Translations under genes and position numbers: made by a program
Shown: piece by piece, positions 1 to 11,929 of the stretch
Numbering within the stretch: the first letter of the stretch is position 1
How the letters are laid out: every line of letters begins with the position of its first letter
Notes under the pieces: generated by a model
The model's database searches: none
Seen by the model: only the letters and a program-made list of their open reading frames with translations
Told to the model about the DNA's origin: nothing
Source: Amoebophrya sp. A120
Taxonomy: Eukaryota > Protista > Dinoflagellata
DNA length: 64,000 bases
NCBI GenBank assembly: GCA_905178155.1
Contig: CAJINV010000003.1
Coordinates: forward strand, 4,956,830-5,020,829
Direction of reading: 5' to 3'

Positions 1-417
1 CTGGCCCCAGAGCATGGAGATCTCCTCTGGATGGAAAGAGTGGCTTGTGGCAAATTGTACCGGTCTGCAGTGGGAGAGCACCGGCGTTTCGACCCACAGC
101 AGCTCTCCCTTCTGCACCGCCTCCAAGGCAATAACGCCCTTCCCGCGTCCATCTACTTCCATCACGCGGAAGGCATTTGCGCGCTCACTTGTAACACGAG
201 TGGTTTGCAGCTCCCCGTCCGCGGTGTCTTCGAACTGCAGGTTCGTCGCCTTCACGCTTAAACAGGCCTCGTCGCTCGCGAGGCGGATTTGGAAACGATT
301 TTTGTCGGGAAGGTACTTCAAAACTTTGGCTCGTGCCCCATTCAACTCTGGTCGGCTCTGAAGTCCCGCGATTTTGGCCTGGAGACCGGCCTGCGACGCC
401 GCGCACAGTTGTGTCAT
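1..417 (-). CDS. SET-domain (SMYD-like) protein, 5' part; runs off left edge of window
   Basis: Manual translation from ATG at 417 (not in the ORF track because no stop lies within the window): MTQLCAASQAGLQAKIAGLQSRPELNGARAKVLKYLPDKNRFQIRL...VKATNL, a protist GL-x3-PELNG-type motif, then VDGRGKGVIALEAVQKGELLWVETPV, which resembles the SET N-terminal GRGxxAxxxIxxGExI motif. Confidence 0.6.
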   Translation of the reverse strand, partial: MTQLCAASQAGLQAKIAGLQSRPELNGARAKVLKYLPDKNRFQIRLASDEACLSVKATNLQFEDTADGELQTTRVTSERANAFRVMEVDGRGKGVIALEAVQKGELLWVETPVLSHCRPVQFATSHSFHPEEISMLWGQ

Positions 418-659
418 GCTCAAAGGTCGTGGGATTGTCTAGATCGATGACATAGAGTTCCGATTCAAGGCTGCTCGAGGAGCAGTCTACAATGAAATTA
501 TTTGGATTTGCGTTCTTCAAAATAAAGCACATAAGCCCAGACCGGCAGTTGGTGGAGATATTACCGCTAAAACCTCAGATGCCCCTGTGTCACTGAAAAA
601 AAAAAACCCAAATCGTGGGAGAATGTCTTAGATTCACTCTGGGCGCTCATTGCGTGACC

Positions 660-706
660 CGAAGGAACACGGACCCGAGCTCGAAGGAACACGGTCCCGA
701 ACTCGA
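660..706. repeat. 22-bp tandem duplication (cgaaggaacacggWcccgaRct x2)
   Basis: Two adjacent near-identical units at 660-681 and 682-703, intergenic. Confidence 0.8.
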
Positions 707-913
707 TTTTTTTTGTAAACATATTGCGTTTGGCGCTTCGTGATTTTTTCTGCGCGCCCAGAAGTGGGTCGGGGATCTGCATGTGCCTCGGCGTAAATTG
801 TTATTTTTCGTAGTTCTTGTAATTTTTGCAGTGGATTGAGTTGCGTCAACATGATTTCTCACCGTTTTTCTCTGTGCCAGTTCTTGCACACAGGATCCAC
901 GAGCACGATACTG

Positions 914-1972
914 CTACGTCGACATTCTGATCTGCTGCGGCGCAACCTCCGCTGGCACATCCCTTGACCGGAAGAGGCGCCGTCTCGCTAGAAGCAGGGA
1001 AGCGGTGCTGCCTACAAGGCAACAGCAAATTTCGTTGGCGCTACGTTGTAGGAAAAACTGCTCCAAAGGCGTGGGTGCGGGTAATAGGAGCGCGCCCCTT
1101 CCAAAAGCCTCGGAACCGCACGCACATCGCAGCACTCGCAGACCTGCGTCAGCCGCCATCTGTATTGCCTCAGGCCCTGCGGAGGCCAACGCTTGTGCAA
1201 CATACTGCGCCCCGTCGGTCGTGACAAATACGAACAGGTCGCGCACAGCGGCGGTACCCTGCGCAAGGGCGTTGAAACCGTCGGCGATGAGGCGCGAAGA
1301 CCCGTCCACTAGCAGGTACTTTGCGAACGCTTTTCCGTAGGAACAGCTCCAGCAGACCCAGTATGCCGCCTCCACGGAAAGGCCTTCGCGCTGCAAGAAT
1401 TCGTGCCAGCGTGTGCGGTGTCTTTGGACCACGGGGTTCGAAAAAAAATTCTCGGTCGTTACGTCGAGCCGGCCGCACAGCCCGATGCCCTGGCGCAAGG
1501 CACACCTCGCGGCTTCGTCTGTAATGGCACAGCAGGTTCCCGCGGGGAGGTGACAACGACTCGGCAGGACGCCACAGCAGCTGTCCGCCAGTCCGCAGCA
1601 GGGGCAGCAACAAGCACAAGTGACTGCGCTGGGTGTGGTCAGGACGGGACAACAACTATGCACGCAGCCGGGACAGCCCACGTGCTGTGCGAAGCAACAA
1701 CAGACATGAGCAGCGGCGAGCCATGCACACACGGACGCAGCCTCACAGACCGGTAAACTGGATGAGTCTCCTTCTTCTGCCACCGTGCCGTAAGTACAAG
1801 GGCACGTCTCCTCTTGGTCTTGCAACATCCTGCTTCGGCTTAGAAGCGTCGCTGGCGCACTGCTACTGGCCGCCCTGGCTGTTTCACACAATGCTGCAGC
1901 AAGGAAAACACCTACTTGCAATCGCCAGCGCCACATTTTAGCCGGGCACAGATTCGCTCTAGTACTACTCAT
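914..1972 (-). CDS. Cys-rich putative secreted/membrane protein (paralog 1)
   Basis: 352-aa ORF with signal-peptide-like N-terminus, many CC/CxC clusters and a hydrophobic C-terminus. Shares AAAHVxCxxAQ, PxAVT and ExAYW with the gene at 2860-4308. Confidence 0.65.
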   Translation of the reverse strand: MSSTRANLCPAKMWRWRLQVGVFLAAALCETARAASSSAPATLLSRSRMLQDQEETCPCTYGTVAEEGDSSSLPVCEAASVCAWLAAAHVCCCFAQHVGCPGCVHSCCPVLTTPSAVTCACCCPCCGLADSCCGVLPSRCHLPAGTCCAITDEAARCALRQGIGLCGRLDVTTENFFSNPVVQRHRTRWHEFLQREGLSVEAAYWVCWSCSYGKAFAKYLLVDGSSRLIADGFNALAQGTAAVRDLFVFVTTDGAQYVAQALASAGPEAIQMAADAGLRVLRCACGSEAFGRGALLLPAPTPLEQFFLQRSANEICCCLVGSTASLLLARRRLFRSRDVPAEVAPQQIRMST

Positions 1973-2859
1973 AGTTCCTTTCAGGACGGTTCGAAGTTAG
2001 TAGCCGCCTCGGGCAATAGCGGTAGGAAAATAAAGTGAGTTGTAGGACACCTAGTTATTCTTTTACTGTGCCGGTGCACATCTACGAAAAACAGAAGTCG
2101 TAGAAGCGACAGATTGTGATCGTGCAGAGTGCTCGTGTAGTCAGCGTGCGTACACAAAAACGCGTATGGGACCATCAAAAAAACACACACGTATAATGGC
2201 CATCTACAGTGACAGTTCATCAGCACTATGGGATCACGATTTCTCAGGATCGCGTGCTTCGCAAGGAAGTCGGATCTTGTGTGTCGGTACTGTGTTTGTT
2301 TCGCCGGACCTGCGCCCCGCTCCTTCGCGTAAGTACTCACAAGTTGAACCAGGGATCTCGGCTGCAAAAATCATCGTCGCTCGCTTGATACCTGAACCCG
2401 GAAAAGTGAGATGCAGATCGCTACGGTTGAAACCTGAACCCAGCAAAGGTGCAGATCGACTTCATCCAACGCCTCCAGCATGATGTTCCACCGATCTTCT
2501 ACACACAGACAGCAGCTAAAGTGATCGCCAAACTGATCCGTTGCAGTCTTCATCCAAATCAAGGCTAGAACTCGCTTTGCAGCTCGTGCTGGTATCGTTC
2601 TGTGTCTGCGTGTAGAGGTTATCATTATTTAAGGTGAGTTTACACGGAGACATACCGTTTAAAGTCGACGCGGCTATTTTTACAAGTGCTGAACTGAATA
2701 TTCTAAATTCTGTATTCTCGGTTCTGTTTACTGCTGTGAGGATTGCGCACTAGGTATATTACGAAAGATTTTCCTTTTTTCAATTCTCCGCTAGGCAAGG
2801 AAAGCGGCTGCGGAAAAAACGCGCCAGACCCCTGCATCGATGCCGTGCCGGTGGAAGCG

Positions 2860-4308
2860 TCATGTTTCTGTGGCACCGTGGAGGAATGACACAGTTCGCC
2901 GTGGAGACGTGGCGCGAGCCCTTGGGTTTTCTCTGACTCCCGCGGATCTGATGGATTCGTCCGCTACTCGCGGAAAAACTACGTGAGCATCAGGGGGTCG
3001 CAGACTACTCCGTTGATCAGCGCTGAACGGCGCTCGGTGCTGCGCTGCCGAGACGGACGGAAAAAAATGCGAGATGACGGAGAACAACTGCGAACCTTGC
3101 TCGCGATCCGAGTTTGACGTTGGACGCGATTCCGCTGCCGTGGCTCCGCGTCCTCCATTTCGTCCGCGGTGGTGTTCTTGTCTGCGGGATGCAAACGCGG
3201 GCGCAGCGAGGATTTCTCGCACTTGCTGGTCGTTCCACCGCAGGTATTCCTCCTCCGACACTGGATTATATCCATCGGCCTCCGGTCGTCCCTCTTCCAA
3301 ACCGCGCCGCCGCTCGTGTTCAGCGACGCAGGCCACGGACCATGCCGTGGCGCACAGCAACGTACCCACTCCCATACTCATCTGCGCAGGGGGCGGAAGA
3401 GCATTCACAATTTGTATTGATTTCTGTACGCCTGGAATCACCACTCGTCCCGCCCAATACGCGCACTCGATCGCGGGCAACGAATTTAGCATGCCCTCGG
3501 TCAGCTGTAGTGGAGCGTAAAATGATGGATCTCATCCGTGGACCTAAACCACTCCAGACCAACACGTCGAGCAAAGCATTTTTTAGATAAAATGAGAATG
3601 ACAGGTCACGCCTACAAATGTCAACAAACCGAAGTAGCACACGACGCCAGCACTGAGGGGCTGCAGGTGTAGATATTCGATAGTTATGAAGATCGATGTG
3701 CAAAAAACAACAGAAGTGTCTGTGCTTCTACTTACGGCCAGATTTACTTCGTCGGCGATGATGGAATCCTGGGTTTCTGTCACGCGAAAGTTGGCGACTC
3801 GCATGCACGACGAAGCGACGAGAAAGCAACGCAGGCAACCGCGGCATGTCTCGTCAACCAGGCAGCAATAACCCGGCCACTGGGGAGCAGCGACGGAACA
3901 CACATCTTCCACACACTGCGGAGTGCAGCAGCCGTTGTCGGTGGGGCAACAGATCTCCGCCCCAGACGTACCACAGCTCTTCGCGACCTCCACCGCGACG
4001 TCAACTGCACTCCCATAGCACAGATCGCAACACGCCCAGCACTGGGGGTCCAAAGTTACCGCCGTCGGTTGAAAACAGCAGTATGTAGCGGCGTGCACAG
4101 GACAAACGACCTGCGCCACAGCACAGGGCACGTGCGCCGCAGCCGCGTAGCTGCAACAAATCGCCCAGTTTGAAGGTCTCTCGAGCGCCTGTTTCACGGC
4201 GGACAAGTGCGGAGCGCGGAAAGACGCTGCTCTGACCTGCGCGATGTTGGAGTAGAGACCGCAATACGCAACGGCTTGAAGCGCAAAAAGGAGCTTTTGC
4301 AGCTGCAT
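2860..4308 (-). CDS. Cys-rich putative secreted/membrane protein (paralog 2), probably 2 exons
   Basis: ORF 3583-4308 (signal peptide, Cys-rich) has a GCC|GTAAGT donor near 3736. ORF 2860-3492 is preceded by a CTACAG acceptor and contains IECAYW, matching VEAAYW of paralog 1, plus a TM-like segment. Confidence 0.55.
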
Positions 4309-5077
4309 TTGAAGCGCGACGCGAGGTTACTAGAGCGCTGTTGACGTTCTGTCGCTTCAAGTTGCGAAACCCCGGCCTTCGTAAATTCGTGGGTTCCATT
4401 CCTTGATCCAGTTCTTGGAAGCCAGCCTGCTGCCGACTCAATTCTCGCAAACCATGAACCGTCGTCGAAGAAAGAACCTACGCAAAGAACGTCGCGATGT
4501 CAGTGGGACGACAAGCTGAGAGGTCACACCTGAACAGCAATGGAACACTGACAGCAAAAGAGGCACTATCTTCTGCCGCATTCGATCGATACCCCAACCC
4601 GCGGCGGCGATGCTGCGTGACTCCTTTGAACGTTATTGCGTCTGTTTCGTTTCAGCCGAGTATTCTCTTGGTCTGGCCTTCGGATTTCATTACACGATGA
4701 CGAAACGTCGAAGCAGGACCATTGATAGTGCGCGTGCCACGCGCACCGAGCAAAAATGAGAGACTCTTACGCGCAAGGACGCTGTGGTGCAATCATTCGT
4801 TGACGTAAGCGGAGAATGTAAAAGAAGGCGCACATAAGGACGGCGATGCCCATGCGTCATCTAGATTGATACTTAGTGGCAGGACATCACTGGCCGCAAA
4901 GAACTTCGATGCTCGCAGCTGCTTGGCTGCACAACGAACGTCGATCAGCGTTCACTAGTCACGCCTCCGCTTGTAGTTTAACTGGATTGATTCAGTGGAA
5001 TGACGATCGATCGGACCTCGCGACCCACATCGATGGAAGAAGTGGCCGCCTCGACGGAAGTCCTGTGTGTGAAATCT

Positions 5078-8000
5078 TCACGCACCGGCGCGGGACGATG
5101 ATGTTCTTAAACTTTCGCTCGAGCACGACCTTTTCTTCTTGCCGCTCTTCTTCTCTTGTCGTCTTCCCGCAGCGCTTTCGACATTGCCACTTTTGTTCTC
5201 TGGCGCGCTGGTTCTTCTTTCCTTTTTTGACTTTTTGTCCTTCTTCCCATCGGCGTGCCGCGTCTCCGCGGTCGTGTCACGATTGTCCTGACTATCGTCT
5301 TCTTTCTTGCTTTTCGCCTTCTTCTCTTTCGGCCGAAGTTCCACGCGCGGCGGTTCATCGGAAGTTGCATCTGCGTCGTTTGGCAGAAGCGTCTCCTTCT
5401 TACCGCAATTATCTGTCGTGGCGGCACTCTGAAACGGAACGTGTCCTCCACCAGCTTCCGACCCCGCCACATTCCCGCCGGCGCTTTCGTCCCGCTGCTT
5501 TTCAGCTAGCATAAACTCGATAGCTGCGGCGTCCGCTTCTTCCTCGGAGTCTACGTCCGTCATCTTGTCGGATTCCGGGACGTACTTCTTCCATTCGTCC
5601 GCCTTTCTGCCAAAAGCGATCTCCTTGTAAATGTTGTACATGACGGCCAGGTCGACTTCCGTGTATTCGAATTGCTGGAGTTGTACCTCTTCCCGGGTGT
5701 ATGTGCCGGCCTCGATGTACTGTTTCAGCCTCTCCCACCCATGCATCAGGGCCATGCGTACAGCAAATTGCTCCTCTGGCCAGAGAGTACAGTAGACGGA
5801 AAACAGCCCCCTTTTCCTTTGCTCCGCAATTTTGTCGGTGCTCCATCCAGGCTGCCAGTACTTCGGGCTGTACTTCCGGATGATTTCCCAGCGCCGCTGC
5901 CGCACCTCCTCCCGGTGTGCCCTGTAGTTGTCGAGCAGCTGTCTGTGGTTCTTGGGTCCGTCGCATGTGTGGTTCACCCCTTCGCTGACGGCGTCCCGCG
6001 GGGTCATGTTGCACAGGAGGCAGTGAAGCGTCAGTCCGTCCTCACATTTTTTGCTATCTTTCGAGGGTTTCAAGATTACCCACTCGTAGGGAAGCTGACG
6101 CCCCGGAATGCCGGCAGAGTAGCACCAGAATGCGTACTTGGGGTGGCTATACGTCCTCGGCTGCCGCTCGGCAAGGTGCGCGATCGCCTGGTGGTCCTGC
6201 CACGTCTTGCTGACGTTCCCTGCTTTATTCAGGATGCTGTTATTGCTCGTGGATACTCTGGAGTAGATGGACATCCGATCCTCCAGCACCTGCTTCTCCC
6301 ACGGCCCGGCATGATTGCCCTGGCTGCTGCGACTGGCGGCCACCTGCGACTCCCGCGCGGCCCCGAGGCGTGACAGGTTCGAGGGCGTGATCCGGTACGT
6401 TTTGGCAGACGCGTAGCTGCTTGCTCCGGAAGAATGCCGCCCGCGTGCGGTCATCGGGAGACCTGCGAAACACAAAATTTGCGGTGCATGCCTGCCCAAT
6501 CGATCCAGTTGGCACTCCTCGTCCTTCAATTGGTACTCCTCCTCGTCGAGGTCGCCTGGGTAGTTGCAGTCGATTTTATCTTCGCCTCTTTCAGCACATT
6601 TTTAGTGGGGCCTCTTCTAATTCGTGACCTAGCTTCTCAATGGTGAAACGAGTATGAGTTCTGCAAAGCCGAGAACTACGCCAGGCAGTGCGGGGCCGCT
6701 GGTTCCTATTAATGTATCGAGGTCGCAAAGGCAAATAAAAATGTCAAAAAGTATAAACTTACGTCCCAAAACGGCGGAGGCTTTCAGGTTGTAGGTGCGT
6801 TTTCGGAAGTTGTACGGCGAAAACATATTAAGCTTGTCCAGCTCTGTCTTTGCGCGTGAGTACTCATCTAAACCCTTGGGTACCGGGTCCATGGTTGCGA
6901 AGTCTGGGTCCCATTCGAGTTGCTCCGTGCGGCTCTGTTGCGTTGCCCTCCCGCCTGACGACGCAGACTCAGTGGCCTGGTGCTCGCGCGCAGTAGTGCC
7001 GTCGACGCTGCCGGCACTTTCCAGCGCAGTGGCTTCCTCGGAACGGAGTCTTCGTCTCAAGGCGGAACGCTGCTCGGCGGTTAGGTTGGAAGCTACAGTG
7101 TCCGGCACTTCGTCAAACGGTGGCGGTGGAGCTGGCTTGCATATAAGGGAGGTCCCTTGCCGGGCTATCTGCGAGTTTGGAAAGAAGAACCAGACGTGGG
7201 CTTGCACGTGTAAAAACGACCACACACACACGCTAACTTTGAAGACACGGAGGTTAGAAATTGCGAAGCAAGAAACTGTGGCAGCAATAGATACGTCGAT
7301 GTTCCGCAGCGGTCTATCCTGTGCCTCCTTTCGAAAACTCCAGTGTGCGTATCGCTTGCGGTGGATGGCGGATGACAAATGCTCTTCATCCGGCCAGCAG
7401 TTTTTATTGTGGCACAAATGGCATTTGACTTCGAAGTACTTTGCACCGTGGTTGTCCACAAACAGAACCTTGAAGACGTCGGGCTCCTTGAAAAATTTTC
7501 CCGGTACCTTGTCCGGAATGTCCAAGGAGTGGCCCTCGATGATGTTGTCCATATGCTGCGAACTTGTTACGTCGATCGTCTTTTTCATTCCTGGCTTGTC
7601 GCTTTGAGACACTGTTGGTGCTGCCGCCCTCGCGTTTATTCCCGCCCCGCTAGCGGATGCGACGTCGTCAAGGTGGCTGATCGATGAAAGTTCGGCGTAC
7701 GACTGGAGCATAGAAGTACTCTGCGCCGGTCTGCCAGATGAAGAAAGATCTAGCGACGCACCAACCGTTGCGGCGGTGGGGAAGTCAAAGCTGACACTTG
7801 GCTCCTGTAAGTCGCCATCTTCTGGCACCGGTGCGAGTCGCGCGGGCGTGAGGGCATCAAGCGGGTAGAGCACCATCTGGCTGGCGCCGAAAGTCTTGTA
7901 CTGATCCCATTTTTTCAGGTGCTTCTCAGACTCGCGGTGCTCCTCACCTGGGTGCGCTTGTTTGTTGCACATCTTGCAGTGCACATACAAGTAGCTGTAC

Positions 8001-8692
8001 TTGCCCGAGCCGCGAACTGCGTAGTCGTAAATATCCGGGTCGTCCGTCATCCAGGCATGCGTCTTCTCATTCTCCAGCCCGTGGCTTTTCAGGAGCTTTC
8101 GCAACTTCGCCTTGGCAGCGCGCGCCTTCTCCGCTTTCCGCGTCGCCTGAAAGTTAGCATCGAGCTGGCAGTGGTATTCTAAGCCTCCACGCAGGAAAGT
8201 TTCAGATTTCACCTGGCTAGACCTGCTGGACGTAGAGGAGAAGTGCCGCTCGCCGTCCGTGGCAAAGAACGACTGCTGCTCTTCTTGCACGTGCTGGATC
8301 GAGGAAGCTACGCTGGCGTCAAGTAGTGCCGTGTGCGTCGCACGCGCAGAGAAACTGGCATTTTCAACACCTGATCCTCCAGCCCCATCGCCGTTTGGGC
8401 TTGCGTCGGATTCTGGACTCCCCTCCCCTCTTCTGCGCGCTTTATCTTCCTCGTCAGGTTCTTCGTCCGGCGACGGGTCGTGCTGGTTGCACTTCTTACT
8501 AGATTTATTCTTTTTCTCCTTCTTATTTTTTTTCTTTTTTACGATCTCTCCGCGGTCGTCGTCGGAAAGGTCCAGGTTCGTGTCTCCAAACAAAGCAGCG
8601 CCCGCGGCTGGGGTTCGGCTTCGCTTCTTTTCTACTTTCCCGGTCTTTTTCTTACGGCTTTGCCTTTCGGGCGAAGTAGAACACGAGGACAT
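5078..8692 (-). CDS. Multi-exon protein with three U1/matrin-like C2H2 zinc fingers and Lys/Glu-rich low-complexity termini
   Basis: ORFs 6629-8854 and 5078-6529. Motifs HCKMCNK...EHRESEKH, KCHLCHNK...EHLSSAIH and HCLLCNM...HTCDGPKNH. Confidence 0.6.
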
Positions 8693-9610
8693 CTTGGCCA
8701 GCAACAACAAGTTAACGAGTATGCAATGCAAAAGCAAAAAAGCAGAACGTACACTGAAGAATTCTGCCTTGTTTCGCTTCAGTAGCTCACGCCCTGAGAC
8801 ATTCTTGTACACGTATACAAAAAAAACGCAGCAAGCACAGGCGACAAAGTACAAATGAAGATCCCTTTTCTTTTTGGTGGATCTTACCGCAACCTAGACG
8901 ACAACTGGCAGGATGACAAAGAGTACGACGTAGGATCCAGGCTGATGAACAGCACAGCATTATCCATCTGTACTTGCAGGATATCCACAATCCGTTGGGT
9001 CACGAAGAAAAAAAATCGAACAGCCTGGCGCCGGCTCCGTGACGCATACGATACCACCCTAGATAGGTAATAGGCTAGCCTACGCGTCAATCGCAAGTGA
9101 ACCGCCTGAAAGTTCCACAAACCCGCTTCCCGCACTCTTGTTCACGTCCAAAGATTTGGATTTCATTTCCACTGATTTTCGGGACACACTATATCGGAGG
9201 AGCAGCAGCTCTGATGTGATATGAAGTTGAGTTTACGTCGAGCTGAACTTCAGTGTTGTTCGATTTTGATTCCCGCATATTTGAAAGTACGGTGTACTAT
9301 GTCGCCACATATTGTAGTTTACGTCTCCTCGCTGCATATATTCGGAGGAAAATTCAATCACCGTGACGAGCACCGCTGACTGACAGGTCGCTGCAAAAAA
9401 CGCAAAAAAGGTCTTGTAGACGAGAACACGGCTCGGGTTTATTCTCTTCTACGATTTTAAAGTGCTCTTTGTATTTGTGCTAGTCTATCTTGTAGTTGTT
9501 TGAAGTGCTCTTTGTATTTGCTTTTGTTGCAAAAAGCTGCTAAATGGATAACGACTCCCCCTCGTCCAGGCCCTGTCTTTACTAGCCCACACCTTCCCTG
9601 CTCCGACATT

Positions 9611-11122
9611 CTACGGACGGTAAAAGCTCCTCCGGCTCCGCGATGACGACGTTTGATCTGCCTTGACCTCCGCAGACCCTGATCCCGTGGAACCCGAACT
9701 TGACGCCGAGGACGCGGACCGGCTCTTCGAGGCCCGATTTTTAGAATAAGTACGCCTACTTCGCGAGGAGTTCCTACCTCTCGAACTTGTCCTTCGTCTT
9801 TTCGTTGTCCGCTCTGGTGATTTAGATTTAGTCGTGTTGCCTTTCGAGTAAACGCCCTGGTCGTTCGTGTATAGTAGATCTTCCTTCGCTACTGCCAGTG
9901 AAAATTTCGGAATTGGATATTGCCGGAGCAACGTGGAAAATCCTTCCGCGGTCCTGCGTGGCTTGTACATTTGCGGACGACCCGGAAGTACTGTCTCGGA
10001 AGCTCCTGCAACCGATGAGGTTTGTTCCTTTCCCGGTTCTGGCGACGATTGTGTTTTTGAGACAGTTGTTTTTTCATCGCCGCGATAATCACCGTTTTCA
10101 TCGGAAGCACCTGCTGATGCGCTGCGGTTGGCGACATCCTCGGCGGATGAAGAACTGTCCCGTCCTTGCTGCTTTCCCCCTTCTACTTCCGGCTGGTCCT
10201 GACCTTTCTGCTCGCATTGGTTCGTGACCTGAGTCGTGATGCTTTCTCCGAAAAAGTCGAAATCTCGACCGAGACGCGGCCGGGTTCCTCCGTCCGAGGA
10301 AGAGCAGGTGGAGGTCTCGTCACTATCCGAATCATAACCAAGCGGGTCGTCCCCACCAAACTCCTCATCCGCGTCTTCCGGTAGTTCCTCTGCGCGACTC
10401 ATCTCCTTCCCGTCTGCACCTGCCGACCTCGCGGTTACGTGATTTTCCGGCTTGTCCAGGTCTTGATAACAGGCCCACATGAACCACTCCTCCTCCTCCG
10501 CGAGCGTCATTGGTCTATCCGCGTCCGCCCCCTCTTCCGATTCATCGTCTGGTGCTGGTGCATGACCCTCCTGCATGTGGATATTTTCCTCGTTCTTCAT
10601 CTCGTCGGCAAGAATGTCGTCCTGCTCGTCTAGTACTTCCGCGTGGTCCACGGTCTCCTCCTCGTGTCCCCGACCTTCTTCGGCCTCCATGATTTTTTCT
10701 GGCTTCAATTTTTCCGCCAAAACCTCGTCGTCACTGGAAGCTGCATCCGTGACCACCTCTTCTTCGTCTTCGCTGGTCACGTAATCAGAGCTCCCGGAAC
10801 TCGCTTCCCAAGCCGCGTCCCACAACGACCGCGCGCCCGGTCGCTGCGAACTTTTTGCACCAGCAAGAGCGGGGTCGTGTTTCTTTGCGCCATCCGAGTG
10901 GTCGGTAGGAGAGTCGTGAGAGGGACAAGGGGAAGATCCAGAGGTGGGTGAGGGAGTTCCTGTCGTCGCCGACGACAGCGGGCTCAAACGCGCGCCGTGG
11001 TCCGCTCCTTGTGGCTGCTCAAGAACATCCATCTGTGGAGGCTGTGGAAAAGAAGTAGAAGGGCAACCGGTGATGGTGGTACTGCCTCCCGTGAAAGAGG
11101 AGGAAGAGGAGGAGGAGGCCAT
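9611..11122 (-). CDS. Hypothetical low-complexity acidic protein with Ser/Arg-rich C-terminus
   Basis: 503-aa uninterrupted ORF; no recognisable domain. Confidence 0.6.
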   Translation of the reverse strand: MASSSSSSSFTGGSTTITGCPSTSFPQPPQMDVLEQPQGADHGARLSPLSSATTGTPSPTSGSSPCPSHDSPTDHSDGAKKHDPALAGAKSSQRPGARSLWDAAWEASSGSSDYVTSEDEEEVVTDAASSDDEVLAEKLKPEKIMEAEEGRGHEEETVDHAEVLDEQDDILADEMKNEENIHMQEGHAPAPDDESEEGADADRPMTLAEEEEWFMWACYQDLDKPENHVTARSAGADGKEMSRAEELPEDADEEFGGDDPLGYDSDSDETSTCSSSDGGTRPRLGRDFDFFGESITTQVTNQCEQKGQDQPEVEGGKQQGRDSSSSAEDVANRSASAGASDENGDYRGDEKTTVSKTQSSPEPGKEQTSSVAGASETVLPGRPQMYKPRRTAEGFSTLLRQYPIPKFSLAVAKEDLLYTNDQGVYSKGNTTKSKSPERTTKRRRTSSRGRNSSRSRRTYSKNRASKSRSASSASSSGSTGSGSAEVKADQTSSSRSRRSFYRP

Positions 11123-11929
11123 GTAATCAGGACAGAAAGACGCTTGTTTAGAGGCTCGATGCTCACACAGTCATAGATTAAAAAGATGAAGATGTTCGTC
11201 TTTGGCAGGAAAGACAAGTAGCGAGTCCACAATTCAAATAATGTAAATGTAGGTGTACCGATGGATAATAAAACGCGAACGCACAGTAAGAACAAGTGCC
11301 ATGATGATAAAAATAGAACGTACTTCCACGCATTTTCTCCGTTAAAATGTTTGAGTGTCGCGTTCGAAAACGCAGTTTCCGACGCGCAACCTTCTGCCCT
11401 AAACAACCTATTGCTACATATCGACCACCTTCGTCCGAAAAATCATCTTCATGCCTGCGATTAGACTTAATTCGGCAACTTTCGAATTCCGAAGCGGCAT
11501 AAACAAACTTCATCATGTTGTGCTCCGTGAATAAAACGAAAAAAATGTGTGATCAAGCGACACTCGAAGAATAAGATGCAACTTATCCGCGTCGTGCAGA
11601 TAATGATGATCATCACCAAGTCAGCGGCACGTGCGGGTTTTCAAAGAGCCGCAACCCGTAGCCGCCGTCTTCTGCATACAAGATATCAGATCTTTCTGAA
11701 GAAAGCAGTTGAAAAGTAAGAGTGTCACGGTGCCCTACCATCAAAGGGCGAGCCTCGCGCCGTTACATCTTTGACTTTTTCTGCCTGTATATGAGCACGG
11801 TCTTCCGAAAGCTGCTGCAAGATCACCGGCTTACTTGATGAGCGCTATCGACGCCTTTGCTTCTGCACTAGAGGCTGTTGCGTCACACTCAAGTTTCAAA
11901 ATTCCAAAACTAACACAGACTCTTGCGAG

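Noticed and set aside
7168-7293. Hydrophobic TM-like stretch in the 6629-8854 ORF
   Set aside because: Probably a stop-free GT...CAG intron read through in frame, not a membrane segment.
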